The notes under the pieces: model-generated
Seen by the model: the letters and a program-made list of their open reading frames with translations, nothing else
The model's database searches: none
What the model was told of the DNA's origin: nothing
Part shown: positions 1 to 12,766 of the stretch, piece by piece
Layout of the letters: the number at the start of each line of letters is the position of its first letter
Position numbering within the stretch: the first letter of the stretch is position 1
Made by a program: the position numbers and the translations under genes
Assembly (NCBI RefSeq): GCF_006345805.1
Contig: NC_043000.1
Coordinates: 39,680,001-39,744,000, forward strand
Length of the DNA stretch: 64,000 nt
Direction: 5' to 3'
Source of the DNA: Octopus sinensis
Lineage: Eukaryota

Positions 1-1258
1 ACTTCCCATAGCAGTAGAGCAACGAAACTTGGCACAGTTATTAGTCTTTTCTACATAGGAACCACCCAGAGTTACGCATTTCTCCCATCGTTTGATGCAG
101 CTCTGGAGACCGATTTGTAGAAGAATCCAGCTTGGTCCTCCAACCTCAACGTGACTTCAGAAATCAAGGCTGCATCATCTGGGAAACGCTTTCCTTTCAA
201 AAACAACTTCATGATTGGGAAGAGGAAAAAATCAGAGGGTACAAGGTCAGGAAAGTAGAGGGGATAGGGAGTAGTTCATAGCCATACGCCTGTGCTTCTG
301 ATCTAGCGACAAGCGAGTTGTGGACCGGAGCGTTGTCCTGCAGGAGGAGGATGCATTTGCTGATCTTGCCCCACCTCTTGATTTTGATAACTTCTCTTAA
401 TTTCCTGAAAAGTGAAGCATAATAGGCTCCTGCAATTGTCGTACCCTTTGCCAGGAAATCTGTCATCACCACTCCGTCCTGGTCCCAGAAGACTGTGAGC
501 ATGACCTTGCCAGCGGAGGGCTGCACCCTTGCCTTCTTTGGAGGGGGTGAGTCACGGTGCTTCCACTGCATTGACTGGGCTTTGGTCTCTGGATCATCGT
601 GATGGACCCAGGTTTCATCCTGTGTAATCAGTCTTTTGAAAAACTTTGACTCATCTTCTTGGCACATCTCCAAATTCACCCTCGAGCACTCGACGCGTTC
701 TTGCTTCTGAAAAGGCGTGAGCAACCTGGGAATCCATCTGGCAGACACCTTTTGCATATGCAAATGGTCATGAATGATAGTTTCCACAGACCCGGTACTA
801 ATCTTGACCTCATGGGCTATTTGGCGAATAATTATGCGTCGATCTTCCAAAATGGCAGCCTCAACTTGACGGACAGATGCCTCATCAATGGCAGAAGGGG
901 GCGACCAGATCTGGGAGCTGTTTTCACAGAGTTCCGACCATGTTTGAATTCACGATACCAGCAATTTACAAGGTCATATGATGGGGCATCATCACCATAA
1001 GTTACTTTCATTTCATCAAAAGTCTCCCGTGGTGTGCGTCCTTTCAAATACAAAAAACCGGATCACTGCTCGACACTCAACAGGCTCCATTTCACACTTG
1101 ACTCGGTTCAAACACCTGTAAATCAGAAACCACAATTAATTCAGGGCTGTAATTTGCCACTTACTCTATAAAGATTTGAATAATTGCACATGCCAAATTT
1201 CAGCTAGATCAATCAGCTGCAAGTGAGTCAGAAGCATCACTTATTGAACGTCCCTCGT

Positions 1259-1259
<1 letters not shown>
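1..1259 (-). mobile_element. Mariner-family DNA transposon, frameshifted transposase (about 41-1090); one terminus lies outside the window
   Basis: Minus-strand frames give the HTH region (YLKGRTPRETF...WYREFK...PRSGRP), then TQDETWVH, GKVMLTVFWD, LQDNAPVH and a frameshifted PDLVPSDF, i.e. a DD34D-type triad. The end reads TACGAGGG on the minus strand (TA at 1258-1259). Confidence 0.93.
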
Positions 1260-1306
<47 letters not shown>

Positions 1307-1363
1307 TTATGTATGTAGGTATGTATATGTGTATATATATATATATATGTGTGTGTATGTGTG

Positions 1364-1436
<73 letters not shown>

Positions 1437-1440
1437 ATAT

Positions 1441-1565
1441 AGATTCAGATGAATATGGTACTTAAGTTGAAGATACTAGAATTTATTATGGTATTATCCA
1501 TGCAATTTGAAATAAGGTGATTATAATCAAAATAAGCAACAATGATATCCAGAGGTAATGTAGTA
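1441..1565 (+). repeat. Interspersed repeat; a second copy lies in reverse orientation at 17650-17770
   Basis: Direct alignment by eye with the reverse complement of 17651-17770. Confidence 0.6.
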
Positions 1566-1899
1566 CGATCGTTTCATGCGACTCCATTTAATTGAACATT
1601 GCAAACATTACATCAATTTAAAATGTAGAGCAATCTTTAGCTGCGCAAAAATATAGAATTTAATTAAATTCGAAGGACACATTAGTATAAATTTATCCAA
1701 AATCACCAAGAGGATAAGGAGATAGACAAAGAACATGTTTCACCAACAACATCACAGTTGTAATTGAAATTTTTCAAAAAAAGACACTGCTTTTCACTGA
1801 TTATTTCTGTTATTTAGATTTAGCTATGCGGGTAAGTTCAGTTTTAATTTTGTATGCTAGTACTTCAAATCTGAGAGAAGAAAGAGTGTAGTATCATTT

Positions 1900-3520
1900 C
1901 GGGGTAGAGCAATATAGATAGACAATTTAAGTGGCACGATAATATCTATAAAAGACTGATGTTTAATGTCGGCTAAAGAAATAATTAAATTATGGAACAA
2001 AAATTTTATTATCAACTACTCTTTTTATAAAATTAAGGGTTTTATCATAGGTTTAAGAAATTATTATCATACCTTACATGATATTTATATTTTGTAATTA
2101 GTACCTATTTAGAAATATTATTTATATAAAGCTCTTTATACATACTAAGATCAGGAGGGTAGAGCTATTTGAGAGAAAGAGAAATCAAGTAATTCCTTCA
2201 AAAATTTTTGAAACAATGTTATCATGCTGTATAAGGTTATAAAGTATTATTTAGGGTAACCAAGAAGATTCTTAAGAAAGAGACATTTAATAACCAGGAT
2301 CCCACTACTGACTTGTATACCAAAATCTTTTAACTACAATGGGGGGAGGTAACAGAAAATGCAAAGGAAAAGAAATAAATTCATGTTTATATACTTTTTA
2401 ACTTATCTAAAAACTTTACTTATTATAAGGTTTCTGTGGAGATTGCTAAAATGGATTTAACTAATATTTAATATTAAATTAGGGTAACTGAGGTTAAAAA
2501 ATGTGTCCACTATATACTGATTTAATTAAAGTTGAAATATAATTAATTTATTTAATTTTAAAATTTAGATGAGATATAAGTAATATTATAGTTTCTAAAG
2601 AGTTCGTATTTGGAGGGGCTATTTAAAATCAATATAAATAGCGCAGGAGCGGCTGTGTGGTAAGTAGCTTGCTAACCAACCACATGGTTCCGTCAGTCCA
2701 CTGCGTGGCATCTGGGCAGTGTCTTCTGCTAGAGCCCCGGACCAAAGCCTTGTGAGTGGATTGGTAACGGAAACTGAAAGAAGCCTTCTATATATGTATA
2801 AATATGTATATATTATGTGTGTGTGTGTGTGTTTTGTGTTGTGTGTTGTCCCTAGCATTGCTTGACAACCGATGCTGGGTGTTTACGTCCCCGTCCTTAG
2901 CGGTTCGGCAAAAGAGACTAGAATAAGTACTGGGCTTACAAAAAGAATAAGTCCCGGGGTCGACTGCTCGACTAAAGTGGTGCTCCAGCATGGCCGCAGT
3001 CAAATGACTGAAACAGTAAAAAAAGAAAAAAAGAAGAAATCAAATTAGGGAGATGGAACATTTTAAGAAAAAAGATTTTATCACTGATACTATTTAGAAT
3101 AATGCATCATTTTTTTTTTTTTTGTATAAGGTTAAAATAAGGCTTTCATGGATTTTTACCATTCAGATGATAGAACAAATATATTATAAATTAGTTAAAT
3201 CTTAATTTAGGCAATTAAAATTTTGACATTTAAAATTATAAGTTTTTGAAGATACCTATATTGTTTATTATAAGTTAGGTATGGCTATATAGGGGTACAA
3301 CAATTTAGACTTATTTAAAGGTAATTATAGAGTATTGAAAAAGATTAGGTAGAGTAGAACCATCATAGAAACAGATGTGGAAATAGCTAAATCCCTAAAA
3401 TTATGATGGAGTATGTATACAACTTAGTAACTTCAATAGAGGAGATTTATAGAATATATGCAATAATTTTAGAAATTGAAAAATTATTTTCTCAATTTGC
3501 CTATCTTATTTAATCATTAA
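1900..3520 (+). pseudogene. Possible very degraded Penelope-like RT remnant, interrupted by a SINE
   Basis: Only weak motif echoes (YYKLGMA near 3270; a W-x-Y-x-D-like segment near 3405). Very AT-rich with many stops. Confidence 0.25.
2640..3020 (+). mobile_element. tRNA-derived SINE, family A (CORE-like middle, internal TA/TG microsatellite)
   Basis: tRNA-like head (ggctgtgtggtaag...ggttc), CORE-like gggca(a)gtgtcttct segment, tail ggtgctccagcatggccgcagtcaaatgactgaaac. Six copies in the window. Confidence 0.88.
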
Positions 3521-3649
3521 TACCTAGTGTTGACTAAAATAATTAACGTTGCAGGGTAAGTTATTTATGCATTGATTTTAAAACTAAGAGATATATTTTA
3601 AGATTTAAGAATGAAGGAATATTAAAATGTTATTTTCGAAAATATTTGA

Positions 3650-4577
3650 AAGTACGGGTAGTATTATGTATACACGACACCCAGTTCTTATCGGTTATTG
3701 AACAGGTTTATATTATCCTTACGTTCAAAAATTTCATAAATCTCCATAGAACAGAGATCACATCCATATCTAGTAATTTTATAAGGTTGTGCCTTCCTTA
3801 CTATAATCCATTTGAGGCTAAATCTAATTCTACTTTCCTTTAATTCTTCAATTTTATTGGATAATGTGCAATTTGCATTATGCTTAAGTTTAAAGGATGA
3901 TACATGATTATATATACGCTTTTGTAAATTGATAGAACATTCGAAATAGATATAATTATTAGTTGAAGTTGCCACTGTACATTTGTAAACTACGTTTTGG
4001 GCTAGACATCGTCCTGATACCAGACAATAGGACTTAACACTGCAATTACAACTCGGAGAATAATTATTGATATTAGTATTATTAAGAATTAAATTATTGT
4101 TATTATCATCTAAATTATTATTAATATTGATAGTGTTATCGTTATTTATAATTACATTATTAGGTACGCTATGGTTTTGACTATTAGTTTCTAATTCCCC
4201 TTCTACCAACTTATCATATAAATTACTATCATCACCATCAGGTATACAAATAGTTTCCATGCACGTATATGTACTGGGACTATAGTCTATAGTGTTACTT
4301 TTAGCAGTACTAATGTCATTTATACCATATACCCTATCATTTTCAATATTACTATTTTCATTTTGGGGGTTTAAGTTAATGCTAATAGGAATATCACTAT
4401 TATTATTAATATAATTATTATTATTGTTGCTATTGTTATTATTTTTATTTTCATTTCTATTGTTAATGTTAGTATTGTTGTTATTATTATTATTGCTATT
4501 ATTATTATTATTACTATTATCATTATTATTATTATTATTATTATTGTTATTATTATTATTGTTATTATTATTGTTGC

Positions 4578-4626
<49 letters not shown>

Positions 4627-4920
4627 TTCAGCATTTCTGGCTAGTCTTATATTCTTTCTCTTTAATCTAGCTATGATGGTACTTATATTCGGGAGGTCGA
4701 CCTCCAACACACAAGTGCAAACAAGGGAGTCAGAGAAAGGCAGAATGCCACTTATATCTGAACACTACTATAGAAATATTCCTTTAAAAAAACTTTTCTT
4801 CTAATTTTTCTAAATTTAATTATTTAATCGTTACAGTTGAAAAGGTCTCAAAATGACAAAAACCGGTACTGAAATGTTCACTATAAAATTATTTTAGCAT
4901 TTTCTATTTTTGACTTGTTT

Positions 4921-4971
<51 letters not shown>

Positions 4972-5799
4972 GTCTTTTATCTGGAGGAGCAACTATTACT
5001 TTTTCATTCATAGTTATTTAATTTAACCTAAGTTTTTTTATTCCTATTTGTGTCCTGTCTACTATTCTCGGAGTGTACTCAGTTATTAATGTTAGTTTTA
5101 TAGGATAGGTTATCAGTTTGAGTTATTTCATAGTTATGTAAGTTTGAAGAATTTATGTTACTTAAACTATTCTTATTTGTTCCTCTATTTGAAAGTGTTA
5201 AACTTTCAGGATCGAGAAATGTAATTTATTGGTCATATCCTGCTTTAGACAAGGCAACATTACAGTGGTATGAATGGGAATTAAAAATCTCATTGTTTGA
5301 CCATAATTCAGTAATTCTTCTCGAAATACTTTTAACTACTAATTTTAATATATTTGAGGGCGGGGTGGACTTCATGATTTATTCACATATCTTGTAATCT
5401 CACCTTCTTTCCTATAGAGGTAGTATAATTTAGAGTTCATATTTAAAGTAGTATCTAAAAAGTTTACTACCTTAGTGTTATATTCATATGTAATACTTAA
5501 GTTAAAGTTTTTGAAAAATTTTCTAATTCTCTTTCTCATTCTTTCTATGATTGATTTATTGATGCTACGGATGATGAATAATGCCTCATTCCTATATAGA
5601 CCTCCCCTGCAATTAAGAGATTTCTTTATTTAGGCATCTTAACAGATGTGCACCTACTAGATTAGTGACCTCAGCCGAGTCGCTGGAACCCATAGGTATA
5701 CAAAAGTTATCTGGGGTATCAACCCTACTCCAAAATTTGCCTTTAAATTCTATAATAGTTCTTCTAGCTAACAGAATTATATCAATTTTATCTCTAGTT

Positions 5800-5836
<37 letters not shown>

Positions 5837-6630
5837 TTAGCAAAAATAAGAGACTTGTTAAGGAGGATGGGGGATATGCCTGAATAATAAATATTTATAT
5901 CAAATTGGATAACGGAATAATTACTTTTGTTGTTGATAGATTTGAACCATTGGATTACCTAATCGGTATCAATCCATGACTTGAGAGATTGGTTGGGAAA
6001 TATAAGAGTTAGAATATTATCAAGAACAGACTTGCTAAGCCGGCCAATATCCGACTTGGTTGGGCATACAAGTCTCACAGTAGGGTTATCCTGGAAGTTC
6101 TTCTTGTAGCCTTTCAGGTTAATTCTAGGTTCGCTTGGTGTTAGTGTTTTAGTCCGGTCCACCGAGTCATATTCCATCATAACCTTCTTGATTTTCAAGT
6201 TAATATCCAATAGATTCTTTTTCGATGCTATTTTGTATTTAGCATTAAGTTCCTACATTACAAGTTTACTATAAGTGGTATAGTCAAGCCTATATAAGTT
6301 TCCGGTTTTATTAGCTGGGACTAGAATTCCTGGTTTATTATGCAATGACTTTATAAATTCCTTTAGTTTCCTTAGGTGTAAGTTATTTCTAAGTGAGTGC
6401 TCCTTGAATTTGACATTAGCAATAAGATCAAATAAATCTTTTTCAAAATTTTCTAGTAGTGGATTTGGTGGTGGTGGATTTTTTCTACTTTTGAAACTCT
6501 TTTTATAATAATTATTTTCATATGTTTCAAGAGATTCATTTTTCTTTTTAGCATCATGATGGTAAGCAATCCACCTTACTCGCCGAATAAATTCATTTGT
6601 TCTATGGATTAGTAGCCACATATAGGTGTC
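3650..6630 (-). mobile_element. Near full-length decayed Penelope-like retroelement (RT plus C-terminal GIY-YIG), YRDD-type lineage (Naiad-like, tentative)
   Basis: EFIRRVRWIAY...FKSRKNPP...FEKDLFDLI...VPANKTGNLY (6253-6621); NFQDNPTVRLVCPTKSDIG (5959-6210); IPMGSSDSAEV; GLYRNEAL; VNFLDTTL; endonuclease region CNC...C...GRC...VVY...RIYNH...W...PY...CDLC (3688-4710). Microsatellite insertions at 4395-4630, 4927-4968 and 5805-5830. Confidence 0.88.
4395..4630. repeat. (AAT)n/(AAC)n trinucleotide microsatellite inside the PLE ORF
   Basis: Seen directly in the sequence. Confidence 0.97.
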
Positions 6631-6699
6631 CTTACTATGTAAGGGGATGTCGTTCTGAGAAAATTTTATATATATATTACTGGGATGGATCCATTCGAA

Positions 6700-6770
6700 T
6701 AAAAAAGCTCTTCAGGGCAGTGCCCCAACATGGCCGAAGCCAATTGACTAAAACAAGTCAAAGATCAAAG
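6700..6770 (+). mobile_element. SINE family A 3' tail fragment
   Basis: gcagtgccccaacatggccgaagccaattgactaaaacaag matches the family A tail. Confidence 0.6.
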
Positions 6771-8154
6771 AAATGTGTCCATGTGTGTATGTGTGACTAT
6801 GGGTATGTATGCATGTATGCATGCATGCATGTATGTATGTATGTTTCATTGAACTACGGTAGTAGCTGAACAATATTCTTAAGGCTGCAATTTACTCTGG
6901 CGCAGCATCTTTCAGAGCTTGTCGCCAATTCAGTTCTTAACCAAACTAAAATCTGTTTATATTTTTCAACAGGACTGGTCCCTAGCTATATGTTGGCATA
7001 AAAAAATGACTTTTAATTCAGTAGAAAAAGTTTACATCAAGATTTGGAGTAACATTATGGGAGAGTAACGCCACCAATCAAGTTTAGATCTAAACTTTTT
7101 ATTTTAAAAGCAGAATGGTAAAAGCTTGAATGGTAAAAGAGATCATGGAAGATTTCATAGTTTTGTTCCCATGCAACAAAGACATTGTATTTAAATATTG
7201 TGAGGTAAAATATCATGCAAGAAAATTTAAGTAAGGCAAAAAATTGGATTTAAGTATAACTAACTTTTTTTCATTTTAAAAACAAACTATATTTCAATTA
7301 AGCTTAAATGATAGAGCTTCAATTCGAGGAATTTCATGGTATCAATCTCATGCAATGAAGTTTTAGAAGAAAAGTGTTATGAGTGTTTGTTTCTCAAATT
7401 TGAGGGTGATAATATTGTTCTATACTTTTTTTATGAATATATTTCTATAAAGGGACTTTTATTATCTCTCACCGGCGTCATTGAAGGCAGGAAAAAATTA
7501 TCAACGACAACGCTAATCGATTCATTTGACACTTTATTAATTAGCATAGTAGTATAGCCTGGAAAAATATGGATTACATGCGAGCAAAGGAAATTATATT
7601 CTTAAGATTATTAACCTGGAAAAGTACAGGACAATCATTACATCTGGTAAAGTACAGAACAAGAAAATATTTACTTAAAATATTGCAGCTAAGGATAAAA
7701 TTTGAATACTAAAAATTATTTGAATTTAATATTCAAAGTAACATTATAATTAAAAAAGGTACCATCATTTTGTTAAAATATTCACACACTAGAATACTAA
7801 AAGAAGTACGAGTCAGAAGTACAAGTCAGAAGTACGAATATAGCTAAGGTTTTAAGCAAAGTAGAATAGTATATTTGGTAGGCAAATTCAATATGCAAAA
7901 AATAGGCAGTGGGTCAAGACTAAAAATGTGAAACCTTGGCAATAACTCAAGCAAACTGTACTGTGAATTTTACTGTAACGTATAACTAATTTTTGTATGA
8001 TTCAATTTATTCTAATAACTAATTATGTACTGCTATAAATTTACGTAACTTATCTCTGAATTTCTAATTATTAATTAATAATTTTAAAAATGAATTTTTT
8101 TAAGTGACAAAAATAAATTGAGCTATTTTTAATTCTTAATAGAGGTAATTATGT

Positions 8155-8315
8155 AGAGTTACATGGCCTAGGGGTTAAAGCAGCGAACTCACGGTCGAGG
8201 GATTGCGGGTTCAAATCTCAGATGAGCGGCTCCGGCAAAATGTAATAACAAACTTTTGCTGACTCTTTCACCATATCTTTCTCTCACTCTTTCCTCCTGC
8301 ATCTAGCAGCTCACT
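8155..8315 (+). mobile_element. Degraded SINE family B/B' 5' portion
   Basis: tggcctaggggttaaagcagcg...ggttcaaatc head; ggctccggca; ctctttcacca...ctctcactctttc. Confidence 0.6.
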
Positions 8316-9379
8316 TGCATCCCATCCAAAAAATGAATTTATGTTTGTGCATAATAATCCTCCAAGTGAAGCCAGCAGAATACAAGACGGTGATTCGTCG
8401 AGCTTCTTTGCCTTGTCTTTTGGAGATAACACCTCAGTCACTTGCGCTCAACAAGAACTACAAAGAAAGCAGTAATCAAAACATACTATCCCATGATAGT
8501 ATGCTGGAATTTCTGGGAAACACATGTACTTATCATGTGTATTCTTACTCTACGTACTCCCATACTGTTTTTATCATTAATTAGATACTCTTTGTTTTGA
8601 GTTCTTATACTGAATTAATTCGAGCGTGGCAGCGCTCAGTTGCCATCAGTAAATGTTTTCTATATGCTTAGTTCCAATTGTCCTGAATATTTTATAAATA
8701 TAAGCAAGTTTTAATGCGAAACAATTAAATACTAAATGGTCTGCTACAGTACCTAACACTGCATTCTAGATTTTCGAAGATATAATGTCTGCAGTGTTCC
8801 ATTGTATACATGGCTGCCAAAGAGGGAAGAGTGAGAATATATATATATATGACGAATGGTCTATATGCTTGGACCTATGCTTTAACTGTGCTTATTTATG
8901 CATTTATACACATGTAAAGGTGTATATACTTTGCTTATGTATGCATATATATATGTGTATGTGTATATGGATATTTGTTTATATTTATATATTAAATTGT
9001 ACGTGTATCCTGTTTCCTGTATTTATATATTTAAAGTTCTTTATAATATCTGACGAGACCTATGGTTATATATAAGTACCCTATTTTTAAATGCCTACAA
9101 CCTCAATATAATTGACAACTGTAGGCACTGAAACACTACTTTTTCCATAGGCTGAAACAGCTGTAAGAGTGATTTTAATGATTTCAATAACTTATATTAA
9201 GATTTTTATAATTGCATTCTTCTCTTATATGTATTGAATTATAATGTATGTATGTTATTAAGGTTCTCGTTTTTGTTAAATTAACAAATAAATCAACATT
9301 CTAATATCCGAAAGCTGATGAACCAACTAAATTGTTTCTACATTTTCTTATTTGTATTATATATATATATATATAAAAT

Positions 9380-9495
9380 ATGTGACAATTATTCGGTAGC
9401 CAACATGAAACTCCGAATCTCGGATGTTGGGGTGGTAACCCACGCCGCCATCCGAAACTCGGAGTTTTATCATGGCTACCGAATAATTGTCACAT
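9380..9495. repeat. 116-nt hairpin with perfect 23-bp terminal inverted repeat (MITE-like)
   Basis: atgtgacaattattcggtagcca ... tggctaccgaataattgtcacat, with further imperfect internal pairing. Confidence 0.85.
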
Positions 9496-9594
9496 TATAT
9501 TTACAGATAAATTCCTCAATTTACAAAATATCGAGGTCTCTTTCATTCTTTCGTTGTTTTACCATTTCTATAACTATATATATACATATATATA

Positions 9595-9658
<64 letters not shown>

Positions 9659-10207
9659 TGCATGCATGTTTGTATATGTATATAGGTGTGTGTGTGCCGC
9701 TATGTGTACGGACAGATTAGAAATGTTGAGATACTATTTAAAGTTGTGTCAGACGTTCGAAAGATTCTCTTCAAAACAGTGTGCCAATCTCCAACCGGAC
9801 ACTGCATACTACAACGCAGACTTCTTTGTACTACGTGTAGTATGTAACGTTGTTTGTAGCACAGGGGAAGTGGTAAGTGATATGGAAGGAAGAGTTGGGG
9901 CTGGGTAGATGAGTGGTGTTGTAGAGAAAGAGACAGGTGTTTCAACGGAAGCAATAACATTCGAAGAGTCCAGGCTGGATATAGAGAAGACTGAAACGAC
10001 TATGATCCAGAAGGGACTGGAATTAAGAGAATGCTTGGGGAAGTTATGGGATGTTCCAGGACCAAGTAGGAAGTGAGCGACGACTCATAAAATGTTATGG
10101 CCAAGCAGTATTTGCAGGGAAGATTTACTTTCCCTCTGAAGAGTAAGCAACAAAACAAGAAATAGCCATTTCTTTAATTTCCTCTCTGCGACGAAAATAT
10201 GAAGAAT

Positions 10208-10255
<48 letters not shown>

Positions 10256-10442
10256 AAACTGTTTATAATACGTGTACAAATCAAGACAGGTGTGAATATA
10301 ATAGCCATTAAAATGCAAAACATACCGACTCTTGGTGTAGGTGGAGGTGTAGTCTGAAATTACATAGAAAACGTATTTCAATATCAGATATGCATGTTGT
10401 GTGTGTGTGTTTGTGTATACACACATGCACGCATATATATAT

Positions 10443-10485
<43 letters not shown>

Positions 10486-10495
10486 ATATATATAT

Positions 10496-10671
10496 AATTT
10501 CATCAATGGCCTGCATATCAAAAAATACCTTTAAAGGTTAAGTTTATAAATAATTTACAATAAAGGGCAAAAGAAAATTGTAATGCCAAAATTCTAATGG
10601 TTAATTGACAATCTTTGTCTTTTTTTCGGCATATTTGGCATTAGAATTTTCTTTTGCCCTTTATTGTAAAT

Positions 10672-10755
<84 letters not shown>

Positions 10756-10934
10756 ATTTACAACATAAGGGCAAAAGAAAAATTCTAATGCCAATATGCC
10801 GAAAAAAAGACAAAAATTGTCAATTAACCATTAGAATTTTGGCATTAGAATTTTCTTTTGTCCTTATATTGTAAATTATTTATAAATTTAACCTTTAAAG
10901 GTATTTTTTTTATATGCATGCCATTGATGAAATT
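10496..10934. repeat. Nested palindrome with arms of about 178 bp, centred on (TA)n
   Basis: 10496-10672 is the reverse complement of 10755-10934, and each arm carries its own inverted repeat of about 39 bp. Confidence 0.92.
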
Positions 10935-10964
10935 TTTTTGCCGAAAAATTTTATCCTACATTAG

Positions 10965-11019
<55 letters not shown>

Positions 11020-12063
11020 AGTTTTAATCTCAGCAAAACACTGAACATCCGAGCAAGACTAAATTTTTCTCAACTAGGTCGTCCCATAAGATACGCCTTT
11101 AGGGCTTTGGTTGCGCATTATATAGGAGTCACAGGGCGCTGTTCCATATGGTCAGCAAGACTAAACAGGGGTAAATACTTTTAAAGTTATTTTTAAAGAT
11201 TTTCTGTAGAAATTAGAGCCCACACTGAAAGTAACGACGTCTCTTATACATATAGGTCTATGTAAACAAAGTAATGTGTGTATATGCATAATTCCAGGCG
11301 TTCTAGCTCCTTGTTTAACACCACATCCAAGCTGTTAGCCATTTTGGAACATTTTGCTTAAATAGCCACCAGATATAGCAGTGTAGCACAATTGGATGGA
11401 ACAATCTCACATAATAAACACATTTCTGGCAACTGGTACGTACATATTAATTGCTGGTATGGACGCCGCATTTCCTTAAGCAACCAGAATAATCTACCAC
11501 GTGTATTAAAGGCTTATAAATTAATACTGTACCCCACCTGTGTTTGCAGCATGATTAAAGTAATTTCTGCCGAATTTCCAACTATTAAAGGGAAAATTTC
11601 CAACAATTAAAGGGAAAAAGTAATGACTGCATTTAGAATGCATCAGCCATAACCTATCACAGAATTATCATATTTATCGTTAATGCAGAGGAATGGGAAT
11701 CTAACACAGCCAGAAGTCTATTATAAGATGTTCATAATCTATATTATATAGAATAATGGAAATTAATTACAAAAATAAATACAAACCACGAGCAAAATAT
11801 ATTTTCAAGGAGTCCAACAATTAAAAAAAAGAAAAACAATTCCGATGGTAATAGGTTCTTGGGGAATAGTAATAATACAAGCAGACAAATTCCTAATCAA
11901 AACCTCGGGACGAGATTACCATTCGTGGATTTAGTGAAGATGGCTGAGTCTATAGATTATTGTTCGTGTGTGGGATTAAAATCATTATACTTGGTGTTAG
12001 TGCTAGTAAGTGTATATATTATTGGTAGTTGTAAGAAATCCATAAATGCATCAACATCTATCG

Positions 12064-12576
12064 CAGGGGTCACCAAACTACGGCTCGCGAGGTCAGTTCA
12101 TCCGGCTCGCGCCGCCTTATACCTTTTGTGTAAGTACCTGCAATGAGAGTTCATTTGGCTCTGATTTGGCATCAGTTTTTGGAACAACTTATGTCTGTGA
12201 GCAAACATTCTACAAAATGAAACATGTGAAGTCAGCACATCAAACAAGGTTGACTAAACAACATTTGAAATCAATTTTCTTGGTTGGATGCCGCAATTCC
12301 AAATAAATATTGATGATATATTAAAAGCTAAACACCAATTTCACAAATCTCACTAATCTTTTTTGCTCTTAGTTTGTGAAATTCGGATATGTGCGCACTG
12401 GGTGTGATATAACTATCTTATTGCTTAACATCGCCTTTGATAACTTGTTGGTAAATATGTTCATTGTCTCTATTTTTTGCGTATTCACTGTTTTGTATTA
12501 AACAAAATGGTTATGTGGTCCGCGCTCGTCATTCTCTCAGTTACCTGACCCACCGTAAAAAAATTGATTAGTCTTG
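12064..12576 (+). mobile_element. Internally deleted hAT (Charlie/SPIN-like) element
   Basis: 5' end CAGGGGTCACCAAACTACGG; residual C-terminal dimerization motif FGTTYVCEQTF..MK..KS...TRLT..HL; candidate 8-bp TSD atctatcg/atctattc. Confidence 0.8.
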
Positions 12577-12766
12577 ATCTATTCTGGTTGCCTCGGATAT
12601 ATTATAGTGATTTGTGCTCCCACAATATCAAATCAAACGTATTTGTTAAGTATTCTTAGTGTTCAGTTCACATCCTATCAATCAATAATTCTGTTCACAG
12701 ATTGCATAAACCCCATCCTACCTTTGATAATTCCACGTAGAGTACGTATAAAGCAAATAATCTTAC

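Noticed and set aside
4371-4804. Poly-Ile and poly-Leu ORFs
   Set aside because: They are alternative frames of the (AAT)n tract; only the poly-Asn frame connects to real PLE domains.
5360-5385. In-frame TGA in the PLE RT as selenocysteine (Naiad-type recoding)
   Set aside because: It lies beside a frameshift, is not at an evident Cys position, the copy has other TAA/TAG stops, and I can identify no SECIS.
9318-9908. 196-aa plus-strand ORF
   Set aside because: It runs through a hairpin and microsatellites; no coherent protein.
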